DNA of 64,000 nucleotides from Escherichia coli (GTDB lineage Bacteria; Pseudomonadota; Gammaproteobacteria; Enterobacterales; Enterobacteriaceae): NCBI RefSeq assembly GCF_051903065.1, contig NZ_CP178438.1; one strand, 5' to 3'. Shown piece by piece: positions 37,665 to 46,823 of this stretch (position 1 is its first letter; each line of letters starts with the position of its first letter). The notes under the pieces were generated by a model. It saw only the letters and a program-made list of their open reading frames with translations, ran no database searches and was not told where the DNA came from. The position numbers and the translations under genes were made by a program.

Positions 37665-39487
37665 TCCCAGGCCTCCTGACTTTCCGTGTTGATGATTTTC
37701 AGACAGTGGTACGAATTGATGCTGGCGTAGAGAGCAAAAAAGTGCGAGAGCACTGTACCAAGAAGATAAATTTCACCTTCGCAGATAAATGGATCGGGAC
37801 GTATCCACAACGTGGTCGCCAGCCCGCGAACCGGCACGCCTTTAAACAACCTGTCAACAGGTTTGGTTTCGAGTTTTTCTATGGCATCCAGTTTCTGGCG
37901 CGACAGTCTGGCCCGCTGCGGATGGTGAGCGCCTGGCAGGTCGAAGGTCCGCAGGATCTGGATCAGTGTCTCCCTGTCCAGCAGGGAGAGGTAGTTCAGG
38001 TTCATCGCGGAAATCAGCGACCAGTGCATGTCGCCGTCCGTGACTGGCCAGAGCGGCTGCGTTGGGCGTGTGACATTATGAAATGAGGCCACCGCCGGGT
38101 TTTTGTTGACGGCCACGCAGATATCGCCGATATGCAGCCGAGCAGGGATCATACGGTTGGTACAGATTAATGACGTGGTGATCACATCATCATTAAACCG
38201 TGAGCTGTCCGGAATGCTGCCGTCCGCATGGACAAAGGCGATACTATGTTCAAGCCCGCGGTGAAACAGGGATGTTTTAGTCCGGTGATGCCAGTAAACG
38301 ACTTCCCGCTGGCGGCTGTACTCCATCTGGTGCTGGAAGCTTTCAAATTCGGGCCAGACACGCGCCTGGCTGCCAGGGTTGGATTCAGTACCTGAAACTT
38401 TGACTTTGCTGGTGACTGTGCTTATCTGAAAAATGTCATAAGCGTCGGGATGCCGGTGGCTGGCGCGCAGCGGGTATTCCGCTATCCGTCCATCAGGCCT
38501 GACGGGTTCCGCATAATGCGTAAACAGGTTAATGGCTGGCGTACAGTGCAGACGCAGTGAGTCCTGGCGTAGCTTGATGTCGGCAGGTAACGGGCGGTTA
38601 AAGTGCAGGCGCAGCGTAAACGCGCTGACCGGGAAATCGTCCGGTAGTGGCGCAACATCGCGCAGATGGAAAAAAAAGAAGGCTTCGGGATAGCAGAAAT
38701 ACTCCTGGAGTACCCGATAGCCGCTGTGGACATTTTTCGGCCACGGTAGCAGGGCGTCCTGGTTTTCAAATCCGGCGGCCTCCAGCCACAGATCCGGCAG
38801 CGGCAGGCGGTACTCTCCGGCAATCAGTTCCGCATCCATCAGGCATTCGCAAAACCACAGATAAAGCTGGTGTCGGGTATAATCGTCTTCATTACCCAGC
38901 CAGAACGTTATTTTGTTCAGGTCAAGCATGGCGGGGGAGACATTGTTATCTGCGGTAAAACTGATATCTATGATGCCTTCTTTCAGGCTGCTGGCGTTGC
39001 GGGTGTCGAGAATGCGCAGTGGTTGCAGCCAGATATCGCGCGCCAGCGTGAAATGACAGGCTACGGAAGAAACGATTTTATCATGATTGTCAGACAGCAC
39101 CTTCTGAGCAGCCAGGGCGGACTTTTCTGAGCGGCTTCTGATCAGTTCATTACGACAGACCTGAACAGGGACTTTTAACTGATCGGTTTTGGGTTCATAG
39201 GCAATAACCGTCATGGCCGGAACCGGGCGTAAATAGTTTGCCCACAGCATACGGATTAGCCCATGAGTGAATTCGGGGAATTCGTCCTCAAGTTTCTGGC
39301 GCAGGCTACCGGACATAAAGGCAAAGGCTTCCATCAGTCGCTCCACGTCCGGATCACCCTCTTTCTCGGCCAGAAAGTGGGCCAGATGTGGTTTTTCCTG
39401 CGCCAGCAGTTTGCCAAGCTGGCGAAGATAATCCAGCTCTTCGCGGTAGTAACGTTCTTCAAAAGCCACAGAGATCACTCCACACAA
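37628..39487 (-). CDS. tssF: T6SS baseplate protein TssF
   Basis: 619-aa ORF, size and position (tssE-tssF-tssG) typical. Confidence 0.85.
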   Translation of the reverse strand: MCGVISVAFEERYYREELDYLRQLGKLLAQEKPHLAHFLAEKEGDPDVERLMEAFAFMSGSLRQKLEDEFPEFTHGLIRMLWANYLRPVPAMTVIAYEPKTDQLKVPVQVCRNELIRSRSEKSALAAQKVLSDNHDKIVSSVACHFTLARDIWLQPLRILDTRNASSLKEGIIDISFTADNNVSPAMLDLNKITFWLGNEDDYTRHQLYLWFCECLMDAELIAGEYRLPLPDLWLEAAGFENQDALLPWPKNVHSGYRVLQEYFCYPEAFFFFHLRDVAPLPDDFPVSAFTLRLHFNRPLPADIKLRQDSLRLHCTPAINLFTHYAEPVRPDGRIAEYPLRASHRHPDAYDIFQISTVTSKVKVSGTESNPGSQARVWPEFESFQHQMEYSRQREVVYWHHRTKTSLFHRGLEHSIAFVHADGSIPDSSRFNDDVITTSLICTNRMIPARLHIGDICVAVNKNPAVASFHNVTRPTQPLWPVTDGDMHWSLISAMNLNYLSLLDRETLIQILRTFDLPGAHHPQRARLSRQKLDAIEKLETKPVDRLFKGVPVRGLATTLWIRPDPFICEGEIYLLGTVLSHFFALYASINSYHCLKIINTESQEAWEWQEKMGQHALI

Positions 39488-39900
39488 TAGCGTTGATGGT
39501 TGTCCAGCAAAATGTCAAATTCAAACACTCCCCTGGTTTCGCTGACATCGACCGTAGCCACAATATGAAAACGCAGTTCCACAGGGGCGTATTCATCCGG
39601 TGCAGCAGCCGTAACAACAACATCGGTAATACGAGGTTCGTAATGTAAAATGCACTGGCTAATGGACTTACGGATTTCTCGTCTGAAATCGCTGGAGGCC
39701 AGCGATTCATCATTTAAATCAGTAATCCCCAGCTCTGGTGAGCCATAACAACTGCCGGAGCGGGTATTCAGGACCTGTTGCAGGTTACGTCTGATGGAAC
39801 GTATCAGTGCTTCTTTTGGATTCTGGTATGAAGGCGGGTTGGCCGCCTCACGGATACGTTCAAAAAGACTGCTGGTTGGCCCTGAATCCCGTCTTTGCAT
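39475..39900 (-). CDS. tssE: T6SS baseplate protein TssE (gp25-like)
   Basis: 141-aa ORF immediately after tssC. Confidence 0.8.
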   Translation of the reverse strand: MQRRDSGPTSSLFERIREAANPPSYQNPKEALIRSIRRNLQQVLNTRSGSCYGSPELGITDLNDESLASSDFRREIRKSISQCILHYEPRITDVVVTAAAPDEYAPVELRFHIVATVDVSETRGVFEFDILLDNHQRYCVE

Positions 39901-39904
39901 CTGA

Positions 39905-41389
39905 TTATTCCTTATCCAGTCGTCCGACCAGACTCAGGTCGAAACTGGCACCCATGTATTTAAAATGCGGTCTGACAGAAATCGCGACCTGGTACCAGCC
40001 TGGCTCACCATCCACATCAAGTACCTCGATCTTCGCCTGACGTAATGGCCGGTGGCTGCGGACTTCGGCAGGCGGATTCTCCTGGTCGGCCACATACTGG
40101 CGAATCCAGGTGTTCAGCTCGCGCTCCAGGTCACTGCGTTCTTTCCATGAGCCAAGCTGTTCGCGCTGAATTACCTTGATGTAATGCGCTAACCTACTGA
40201 TAAAAAATAAGTATGGCAGCTGGGTGCCGAGTTTATAGTTGGTCTCCGCAGCCTTGCCTTCGGGGGTTTTGGGGAATGTTTTGGGTTTCTGCACCGAGTT
40301 GGCCGAGAAAAAGCACGCATTATCAGACCCTTTACGCATGGTCAGTGTGATAAAGCCTTCTTCCGCCAGCTCATACTCTCTCCGGTCAGTTACCAACACT
40401 TCAGTCGGAATTTTTGCCTGCATTTGCCCCATGGATTCATACAGATGCACCGGGAGGTCTTTGACTGCGCCGCCGCTGGAAGGGCCAATGATATTGGGAC
40501 ACCAGCGATATTTAGCAAAACTTTCAGCCAGGTTCGCAGCTAGTAAAAACGAGGTGTTCCCCCACAAATAAGACTCGTGACTCTGGCTGACGTCTTCATG
40601 GTAACGGAAGGTCCTGGCTGGGTTCTCATCCGGCGAGTAAGGGTGACGCAGCAGGAACCGGGGGGCGGTCAGCCCCAGGTAGCGTGAATCTTCTGATTCA
40701 CGCAAGGCACGCCAGCGGGAATAGGCCGGGCCTTCAAAGATGGCTCCTGGTTCTTTAATCCCCGGTAACTCTGTCCATGAGTCCAGACCGAAAAATTCGG
40801 ATGATACTGATGAGAGGAACGGGCTGTGCGCCATCGCACTGACCTGGCTGATATATTTCAGCAACTTCATATCCGGCGTGGTGTTCTTAAAGGCAAAGTT
40901 GCCGATTACCGCCGCCACTGGCTCACCGCCAAATTGTCCGTAACCGCTTGAATATACATGTTTGTAATATGCAGACTGCGTGATTTCAGGTGCAAATTCG
41001 AAATCATCCAGCAGTTCTTCCTGAGTGACATTCAGGAAATGGACCTTGATGTTTTCCCGTGTATCCGCGCGTTCAACCAGCAGCTTCAGCGAGCGCAGCA
41101 GGGATTCCAGTTCCTGAAACTCCGGGGCATGAATAATGGCATCCATCTGCCTGCTGGTTCGGGCATCAATATCAGCAATCATGGCGTCAACGGCCAGGAT
41201 ATTGATAGGTTCAGCGCTACTGTCACCCTGTAACATGGCGGCAATAAAGGCGCTCACGCCCTGGCGGGTGATATCGTAGCTTTCTGATTTAGGCTGGACG
41301 CGTGTTTGCGCCATGATTTCATCAAGCAGAGATGGGGGCGCGGCGGTTTGCGACGCGCTGACGGGAGCAATATCTTCCTTTACTGACAT
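39905..41389 (-). CDS. tssC: T6SS contractile sheath large subunit TssC (VipB)
   Basis: 494-aa ORF following tssB. Confidence 0.9.
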   Translation of the reverse strand: MSVKEDIAPVSASQTAAPPSLLDEIMAQTRVQPKSESYDITRQGVSAFIAAMLQGDSSAEPINILAVDAMIADIDARTSRQMDAIIHAPEFQELESLLRSLKLLVERADTRENIKVHFLNVTQEELLDDFEFAPEITQSAYYKHVYSSGYGQFGGEPVAAVIGNFAFKNTTPDMKLLKYISQVSAMAHSPFLSSVSSEFFGLDSWTELPGIKEPGAIFEGPAYSRWRALRESEDSRYLGLTAPRFLLRHPYSPDENPARTFRYHEDVSQSHESYLWGNTSFLLAANLAESFAKYRWCPNIIGPSSGGAVKDLPVHLYESMGQMQAKIPTEVLVTDRREYELAEEGFITLTMRKGSDNACFFSANSVQKPKTFPKTPEGKAAETNYKLGTQLPYLFFISRLAHYIKVIQREQLGSWKERSDLERELNTWIRQYVADQENPPAEVRSHRPLRQAKIEVLDVDGEPGWYQVAISVRPHFKYMGASFDLSLVGRLDKE

Positions 41390-41411
41390 ACTGAAAATCC
41401 TTCTGTGAAAA

Positions 41412-41915
41412 TTATTTCTGAACGGCGATACCCAGTTCTTGGATCAGCTGCTCGCGGCTGTCTTCGTTTTCCAGTAGCGCCTGAAGTTGTGCGCGGAAGG
41501 CCGGAATATTGCCTAGTGGAGACTTAAGTGCGACCAGAGCTTCACGCAATTCGAGAAGACGTTTTATTTCTGGTACCTGGCTGGCAATATGGTCCGGAGA
41601 AAGGTCATCCATAGATTTGACTTTCAGGTTGACGTACATTTGCTCATTGGGAGCGTCACTGAGTTCAGCCGGAACAACAAACTCCCGTTCAATGTCAGCT
41701 TCTGAAATGACTGCGTTGAGGTTATAGCGGTTGATAGCAATGGCAGTTCGCTCGTCCAACGGCGTGTTATCTGGTTTCCCTTTCAGATTGCCGGTGATCA
41801 ATAAATTCAGCGGCAATTCGATATCAGCAGCCACCCCATCAACTTTTGGTGTATACCGAACGCTGATTCTTTCTTTCGGCGCGACACTGCCGCCATTGTT
41901 GTTCATTTTGCTCAT
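41412..41915 (-). CDS. tssB: T6SS contractile sheath small subunit TssB (VipA)
   Basis: 167-aa ORF, first gene of the minus-strand core operon. Confidence 0.9.
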   Translation of the reverse strand: MSKMNNNGGSVAPKERISVRYTPKVDGVAADIELPLNLLITGNLKGKPDNTPLDERTAIAINRYNLNAVISEADIEREFVVPAELSDAPNEQMYVNLKVKSMDDLSPDHIASQVPEIKRLLELREALVALKSPLGNIPAFRAQLQALLENEDSREQLIQELGIAVQK

Positions 41916-42493
41916 AAAAATGTTCCCGTTCAGGCCATGAGCACAGCATTTTCGTACTGCATAAAAATACCGAAGATACCGTTTCAGTGGCAGTTAGATA
42001 ATGTAACCTTCCTTCTGTTGTGATCAGTATTCTACTCATGAAATAAAATATTAAAAGAACTATTTATATTTTAGAAAGAGATGTATTCTTCCTTGCTAAT
42101 ATATTATAGTGAAATAAATTTTGGTATTTATAGACTTGGTGAATATGATTTTACGGTCAATAAAATACCATAATATATTGATTTATATGCATTTATTAAA
42201 TTGATTAATAAGTTTTATGTATGGTTTTATCAATTAATTAATTGCTGGCAATACATCATAAGGAATTCCTTTAAGGAATGTCTTAATTGCGTGCTGGAAC
42301 GATGGCGGAGTAAGTGTCGTAATAATTTGTTTTTGACGCGGCTGTGGATTTTTATGGGGGGGGAAGATACGTTATGGATAATTGTGCTGTTGAAGTTGAT
42401 ATATTTTTAGCTTATGTGACCGTGTTCTGAAATTGACTAAAAATATATTTAAACACCATAAAAGAGTTTTTCAGTAGGTGCTAATTACGTGTG

Positions 42494-42502
42494 CCTGTAA
42501 CT
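42494..42502. repeat. Target-site duplication (left copy) CCTGTAACT
   Basis: Identical 9-mer directly abuts both ends of the IS. Confidence 0.8.
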
Positions 42503-43559
42503 GGCTTTGTTGAATAAATCGAACTTTTGCTGAGTTGAAGGATCAGATCACGTATCTTCCCGACAACGCAGACCGTTCCGTGGCAAAGCAAAAGTTCAAA
42601 ATCACCAACTGGCCCACCTACAATAAAGCCCTCATCAACCGTGGCTCCATAACTTTCTGGCTGGATGATGAAGCTATTCAGGCCTGGTATGAGTCAGCAA
42701 CACCTTCTTCACGAGGCAGACCTCAGCGCTATTCTGACCTTGCCATCACGACTGTGCTGGTCATTAAACGCGTATTCAGGCTGACCCTGCGCGCTGCGCA
42801 GGGCTTTATTGATTCCATTTTTTCTCTGATGAACGTTCCGCTACGCTGCCCGGATTACAGCTGTGTCAGCAGGCGGGCAAAGTCGGTTAATGTCAGTTTC
42901 AAAACGCCCACCCGGGGTGAAATCGCACACCTGGTAATTGATTCCACCGGGCTGAAGGTCTTCGGTGAAGGCGAGTGGAAAGTCAAAAAGCATGGCCAGG
43001 AACGCCGCCGTATCTGGCGTAAGCTGCATCTCGCCGTTGACAGTAAAACACATGAAATCATCTGCGCTGACCTGTCGCTGAACAACGTTACGGACTCAGA
43101 GGCCTTCCCCGGGTTAATCCGGCAAACCCACCGGAAAATCAGGTCAGCCGCCGCCGATGGCGCTTACGATACCCGGCTATGTCACGATGAACTGCGGCGT
43201 AAGAAAATCAGCGCGCTTATCCCTCCCCGAAAAGGTGCGGGTTACTGGCCCGGTGAATATGCAGACCGTAACCGTGCAGTGGCTAATCAGCGAATGACCG
43301 GGAGTAATGCGCGGTGGAAATGGACAACAGATTACAACCGTCGCTCGATAGCGGAAACGGCGATGTACCGGGTAAAACAGCTGTTCGGGGGTTCACTGAC
43401 ACTGCGTGACTACGATGGTCAGGTTGCAGAGGCTATGGCCCTGGTACGAGCGCTGAACAAAATGACGAAAGCAGGTATGCCTGAAAGCGTGCGTATTGCC
43501 TGAAAACACAACCCGCTACGGGGGAGACTTACCCGAAATCTGATTTATTCAACAAAGCC
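42503..43559 (+). mobile_element. IS903-like insertion sequence (IS5 family), 1057 bp, complete
   Basis: Terminal inverted repeats GGCTTTGTTGAATAAATC (42503..42520) and its reverse complement (43542..43559); single transposase ORF inside; flanked by 9-bp direct repeat CCTGTAACT. Confidence 0.85.
42535..43503 (+). CDS. IS903-type DDE transposase
   Basis: 322-aa ORF filling the element between the IRs. Confidence 0.8.
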   Translation: MKDQITYLPDNADRSVAKQKFKITNWPTYNKALINRGSITFWLDDEAIQAWYESATPSSRGRPQRYSDLAITTVLVIKRVFRLTLRAAQGFIDSIFSLMNVPLRCPDYSCVSRRAKSVNVSFKTPTRGEIAHLVIDSTGLKVFGEGEWKVKKHGQERRRIWRKLHLAVDSKTHEIICADLSLNNVTDSEAFPGLIRQTHRKIRSAAADGAYDTRLCHDELRRKKISALIPPRKGAGYWPGEYADRNRAVANQRMTGSNARWKWTTDYNRRSIAETAMYRVKQLFGGSLTLRDYDGQVAEAMALVRALNKMTKAGMPESVRIA

Positions 43560-43568
43560 CCTGTAACT
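43560..43568. repeat. Target-site duplication (right copy) CCTGTAACT
   Basis: Identical 9-mer directly abuts both ends of the IS. Confidence 0.8.
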
Positions 43569-43684
43569 CGAATAAAGAAAAGGGTGTGGTTCCTGATGTG
43601 AGCCGCATCACACTCTAACCCGTCGGGGATTAACGACGGGTTGTTCGTAAAACAGCAGTTGATAATTTCACAAGGAGTTCATAA

Positions 43685-44203
43685 ATTCCAACCCCATGTT
43701 ACATTTCAATTACAGGTCAGACCCAGGGGAACATCACTGCCGGTGCTTTCACCGCAGATTCTGTCGGCAATATCTACGTGCAGGGACACGAAGATGAAAT
43801 GCTGGTGCAGGAGTTTCTGCATAACGTTACTGTTCCAACCGATCCACAGTCTGGTCAACCTTCCGGGCAGCGCGCGCACAAACCGTTCATTTTCACCGTG
43901 GCGCTGAACAAAGCCGTTCCGCTGCTGTACAACGCGCTGGCCTCCGGTGAAATGCTGCCGAAAGTGGAGCTGCACTGGTGGCGTACTTCAGTTGAAGGCA
44001 AGCAGGAGCACTACTTCACCACACGTCTTACTGACGCGACGATTGTGGACATGAACCTGCACATGCCGCACTGCCAGGACCCTGCACAGCGTGAGTTTAC
44101 GCAATTGCTCGCAGTATCACTGGCATACCGTAAGGTTGAGTGGGAGCACATCAAATCCGGTACTTCTGGTGCCGATGACTGGCGTGCACCGCTGGAAGCA
44201 TAA
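43685..44203 (+). CDS. hcp: Hcp (TssD) paralogue upstream of vgrG; no ATG/GTG/TTG start, putative ATT initiation codon
   Basis: Frame reads (I/M)PTPCYISITGQTQGNITAGAFTADSVGNIYVQGHEDEML... directly after an in-frame TAA (43682..43684); SD AAGGAG at 43673..43678; ORF track only picks up internal GTG at 43778. Confidence 0.7.
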   Translation: MPTPCYISITGQTQGNITAGAFTADSVGNIYVQGHEDEMLVQEFLHNVTVPTDPQSGQPSGQRAHKPFIFTVALNKAVPLLYNALASGEMLPKVELHWWRTSVEGKQEHYFTTRLTDATIVDMNLHMPHCQDPAQREFTQLLAVSLAYRKVEWEHIKSGTSGADDWRAPLEA

Positions 44204-44423
44204 ATCTGAGTCAACAACATCCTGCCTTCGTGCAGGATGTTGTTTTTGTACGTGTAAAAAATGAGTGTCAGTAAGGAGTTACGCTTACATGAGGGAGATG
44301 GCGGATGCCGGAAACCCGGGCGGTAGCGTACCTGAAAATGTAAAGATGAGTGTAACGCTGCACTGGCACCCTTTGCTGCATGGTGAGAATCATTTGGTCC
44401 GTGAATAAATCAGGGAGGTCATT

Positions 44424-46823
44424 ATGTCCTTAAAAGGTCTGCGCTTTACGCTGGAGATTGACGGCCAGGAGCCGGACACCTTTGCAGTGGTGAATTTCAG
44501 GTTAATCCAGAACCAGTCTTATCCGTTTGTGATGAGTGTGGATGTTGCCAGCGACTCTTTTATGCAGACGGCGGAGATGCTGCTGGAGAAGAAGGCGACG
44601 CTGGCCATCTGGCAGGGCGCGGTGGCGCAGCGTTATGTCACCGGCGTGGTGGCGGGTTTTGGTATGCAGGAGAACAATGGCTGGCAGATGCGTTATCACC
44701 TGCGTATTGAGCCGCCGTTATGGCGGTGCGGGCTGCGGCAGAACTTCCGTATCTTCCAGCAGCAGGATATCCGGACGATATCGGCCACGTTACTGAACGA
44801 GAACGGCGTCACGGAGTGGACGCCGCTGTTTTATGAGGACCATCCGGCGCGGGAGTTCTGTGTGCAGTACGGGGAGTCGGACCTGGCGTTTCTGGCGCGG
44901 CTGTGGGCGGAGGAGGGAATTTTCTTCTTTGAGCGGTTTGCGGCGGACAGTCCGGAGCAGAAGCTGACGCTGTGCGACGATGTGGCGGGGCTGTCACAGG
45001 CGGGAGAGCTTCCGTTTAACCCGGACACATCGGCAGGAGCGGAGACAGAGTGTGTCAGTATGTTCCGTTATGAGGCGTATGTCCGCCCGTCGTCGGTGCA
45101 GAGCCAGGATTACACGTTTAAGGTGCCGGACTGGCCGGGGATGTATGAGCAGCAGGGTGAGAACCTGAACGGACAGCTGGCGCAGTATGAGATATTTGAT
45201 TATCCGGGAAGGTTCAAGGATGAACAGCACGGTAAGGATTTCACGCTGTACCAGATGGAGAGCCTGCGCAGTGATGCGGAAAAGGCCACAGGGCAGAGTA
45301 ATTCACCGAAGCTGTGGCCGGGAACGCGGTTTACGCTGACGGGGCATCCGCAGAAGATGCTGAACCGTGAATGGCAGGTGGTACAGAGCATTCTGTCAGG
45401 GGACCAGCCGCAGGCGCTGCACGGCAGCCAGGGGAGAGGAACCACGCTGGGAAATCAGTTAGAGGTGATACCGGCGGACCGGACGTGGCGTCCACGGCTG
45501 CAAAGCAAACCGAAGGTGGACGGGCCGCAGAGTGCCATTGTGACCGGGCCGAAGGGTGAGGAGATATTCTGCGACGAACATGGCCGGGTACGGGTGAAGT
45601 TCCACTGGGACCGTTATCACGGGATGACGGAGGCGAGTTCATGCTGGGTGCGGGTATCACAGGCGTGGGCGGGGCCGGGGTTTGGTAACCTGGCGATACC
45701 GCGGGTGGGTCAGGAGGTGATTGTTGACTTCCTGAACGGAGACCCGGACCAGCCGCTGGTCATGGGCCGGACGTACCATGAGGACAACCGTTCGCCGGGG
45801 AGCCTGCCGGGGACGAAGACGCAGATGACGATACGGTCGAAGACCTATAAAGGAAGCGGATTTAACGAGTTGCGCTTTGAGGACGCCACCAGTAATGAGC
45901 AGGTGTATATCCATGCGCAGAAGAACATGGATACGGAGGTGCTCAACGACCGGACAACGGATGTGAAACATGACCATACGGAAACCATCGGTAACGACCA
46001 GAAGATAACGGTGGTGAAGGGTCAGACGGTTCAGGTCGGTACAAAAAAAGAGGGGGGCCACGACCAGAGTATCACGGTGGCGAATGACCGGTGCATCACG
46101 GTACGTAATGACCAGACGCTGCAGGTGACGAATGACCGGACGGTGAGCGTGAGTCACGATGACGGTCTGTACGTAAAAAATGACCGAAAGGTGACGGTGA
46201 AAGGGAAGCAGGAGCATAAGACGACGGGTAACCACATCAGCCTGGTGGAGGGGAAGCACAGCCTGGAGGTGAAGGGGGACCTGGCGGAGAAGGTGAGTGG
46301 CGCGCTGGGGATAAAAGTGGACGGGGATATCGTGCTGGAGAGCAGCAGCCGGATAAGCCTGAAGGTGGGTGGCTCGTTTATCGTCATTCAGCCGGGCGGA
46401 GTGGATATTGCCGGGCCGAAGATAAACCTGAACGGTGGGGGCAGTGCGGGGACACCGGTGGGGACGATGCAGCCGGCGGTGCTGGAGGCTCCGGAGGATG
46501 AGAGCAGTGATGATGGCAGTGATGACTCCGGAGAGGATAGTGGCAATCCCGCAGGGAGTGACGGAGGAGGTGATGGCGGTGACGATGAAGATGATCCTGA
46601 AAAATATACCCTCCAGTTCCATTTTACGGACGATGACGGGATACCGTATTCAGAGACGCAGTATATTGCCTTTTTTGAGGATGGCACACAGACGCGTGGT
46701 GAAACAGACAGAGAGGGATATACAGAAATATTTTATACAGATACAGCACAGGAAATTAAAGTCCAATTGTTATTTTCGGATGCTTTTTATATTGAGCCGG
46801 AGGGGCATTATGGCAGGGAATAA
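44424..46823 (+). CDS. vgrG: T6SS spike protein VgrG with C-terminal extension
   Basis: 799-aa ORF; N-terminus MSLKGLRFTLEIDGQEPDTFAVVNF; RBS GGGAGG; repetitive beta-helix segment; acidic linker then ~70-aa C-terminal domain. Confidence 0.9.
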   Translation: MSLKGLRFTLEIDGQEPDTFAVVNFRLIQNQSYPFVMSVDVASDSFMQTAEMLLEKKATLAIWQGAVAQRYVTGVVAGFGMQENNGWQMRYHLRIEPPLWRCGLRQNFRIFQQQDIRTISATLLNENGVTEWTPLFYEDHPAREFCVQYGESDLAFLARLWAEEGIFFFERFAADSPEQKLTLCDDVAGLSQAGELPFNPDTSAGAETECVSMFRYEAYVRPSSVQSQDYTFKVPDWPGMYEQQGENLNGQLAQYEIFDYPGRFKDEQHGKDFTLYQMESLRSDAEKATGQSNSPKLWPGTRFTLTGHPQKMLNREWQVVQSILSGDQPQALHGSQGRGTTLGNQLEVIPADRTWRPRLQSKPKVDGPQSAIVTGPKGEEIFCDEHGRVRVKFHWDRYHGMTEASSCWVRVSQAWAGPGFGNLAIPRVGQEVIVDFLNGDPDQPLVMGRTYHEDNRSPGSLPGTKTQMTIRSKTYKGSGFNELRFEDATSNEQVYIHAQKNMDTEVLNDRTTDVKHDHTETIGNDQKITVVKGQTVQVGTKKEGGHDQSITVANDRCITVRNDQTLQVTNDRTVSVSHDDGLYVKNDRKVTVKGKQEHKTTGNHISLVEGKHSLEVKGDLAEKVSGALGIKVDGDIVLESSSRISLKVGGSFIVIQPGGVDIAGPKINLNGGGSAGTPVGTMQPAVLEAPEDESSDDGSDDSGEDSGNPAGSDGGGDGGDDEDDPEKYTLQFHFTDDDGIPYSETQYIAFFEDGTQTRGETDREGYTEIFYTDTAQEIKVQLLFSDAFYIEPEGHYGRE

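Noticed and set aside
44500-46690. Antisense and out-of-frame ORFs within vgrG (for example 45657..46622 minus, 321 aa; 44536..44796)
   Set aside because: Arg/Pro/His-rich low-complexity translations typical of alternative frames of GC-rich repetitive DNA; vgrG fully accounts for this DNA.
46435-46809. N-terminal extension of the HExxH gene ORF (ORF track 46435..47613, 392 aa)
   Set aside because: It lies entirely within vgrG in another frame, is GC-rich like vgrG, and is Arg/Cys-rich nonsense; the AT-rich gene starts at ATG 46810.
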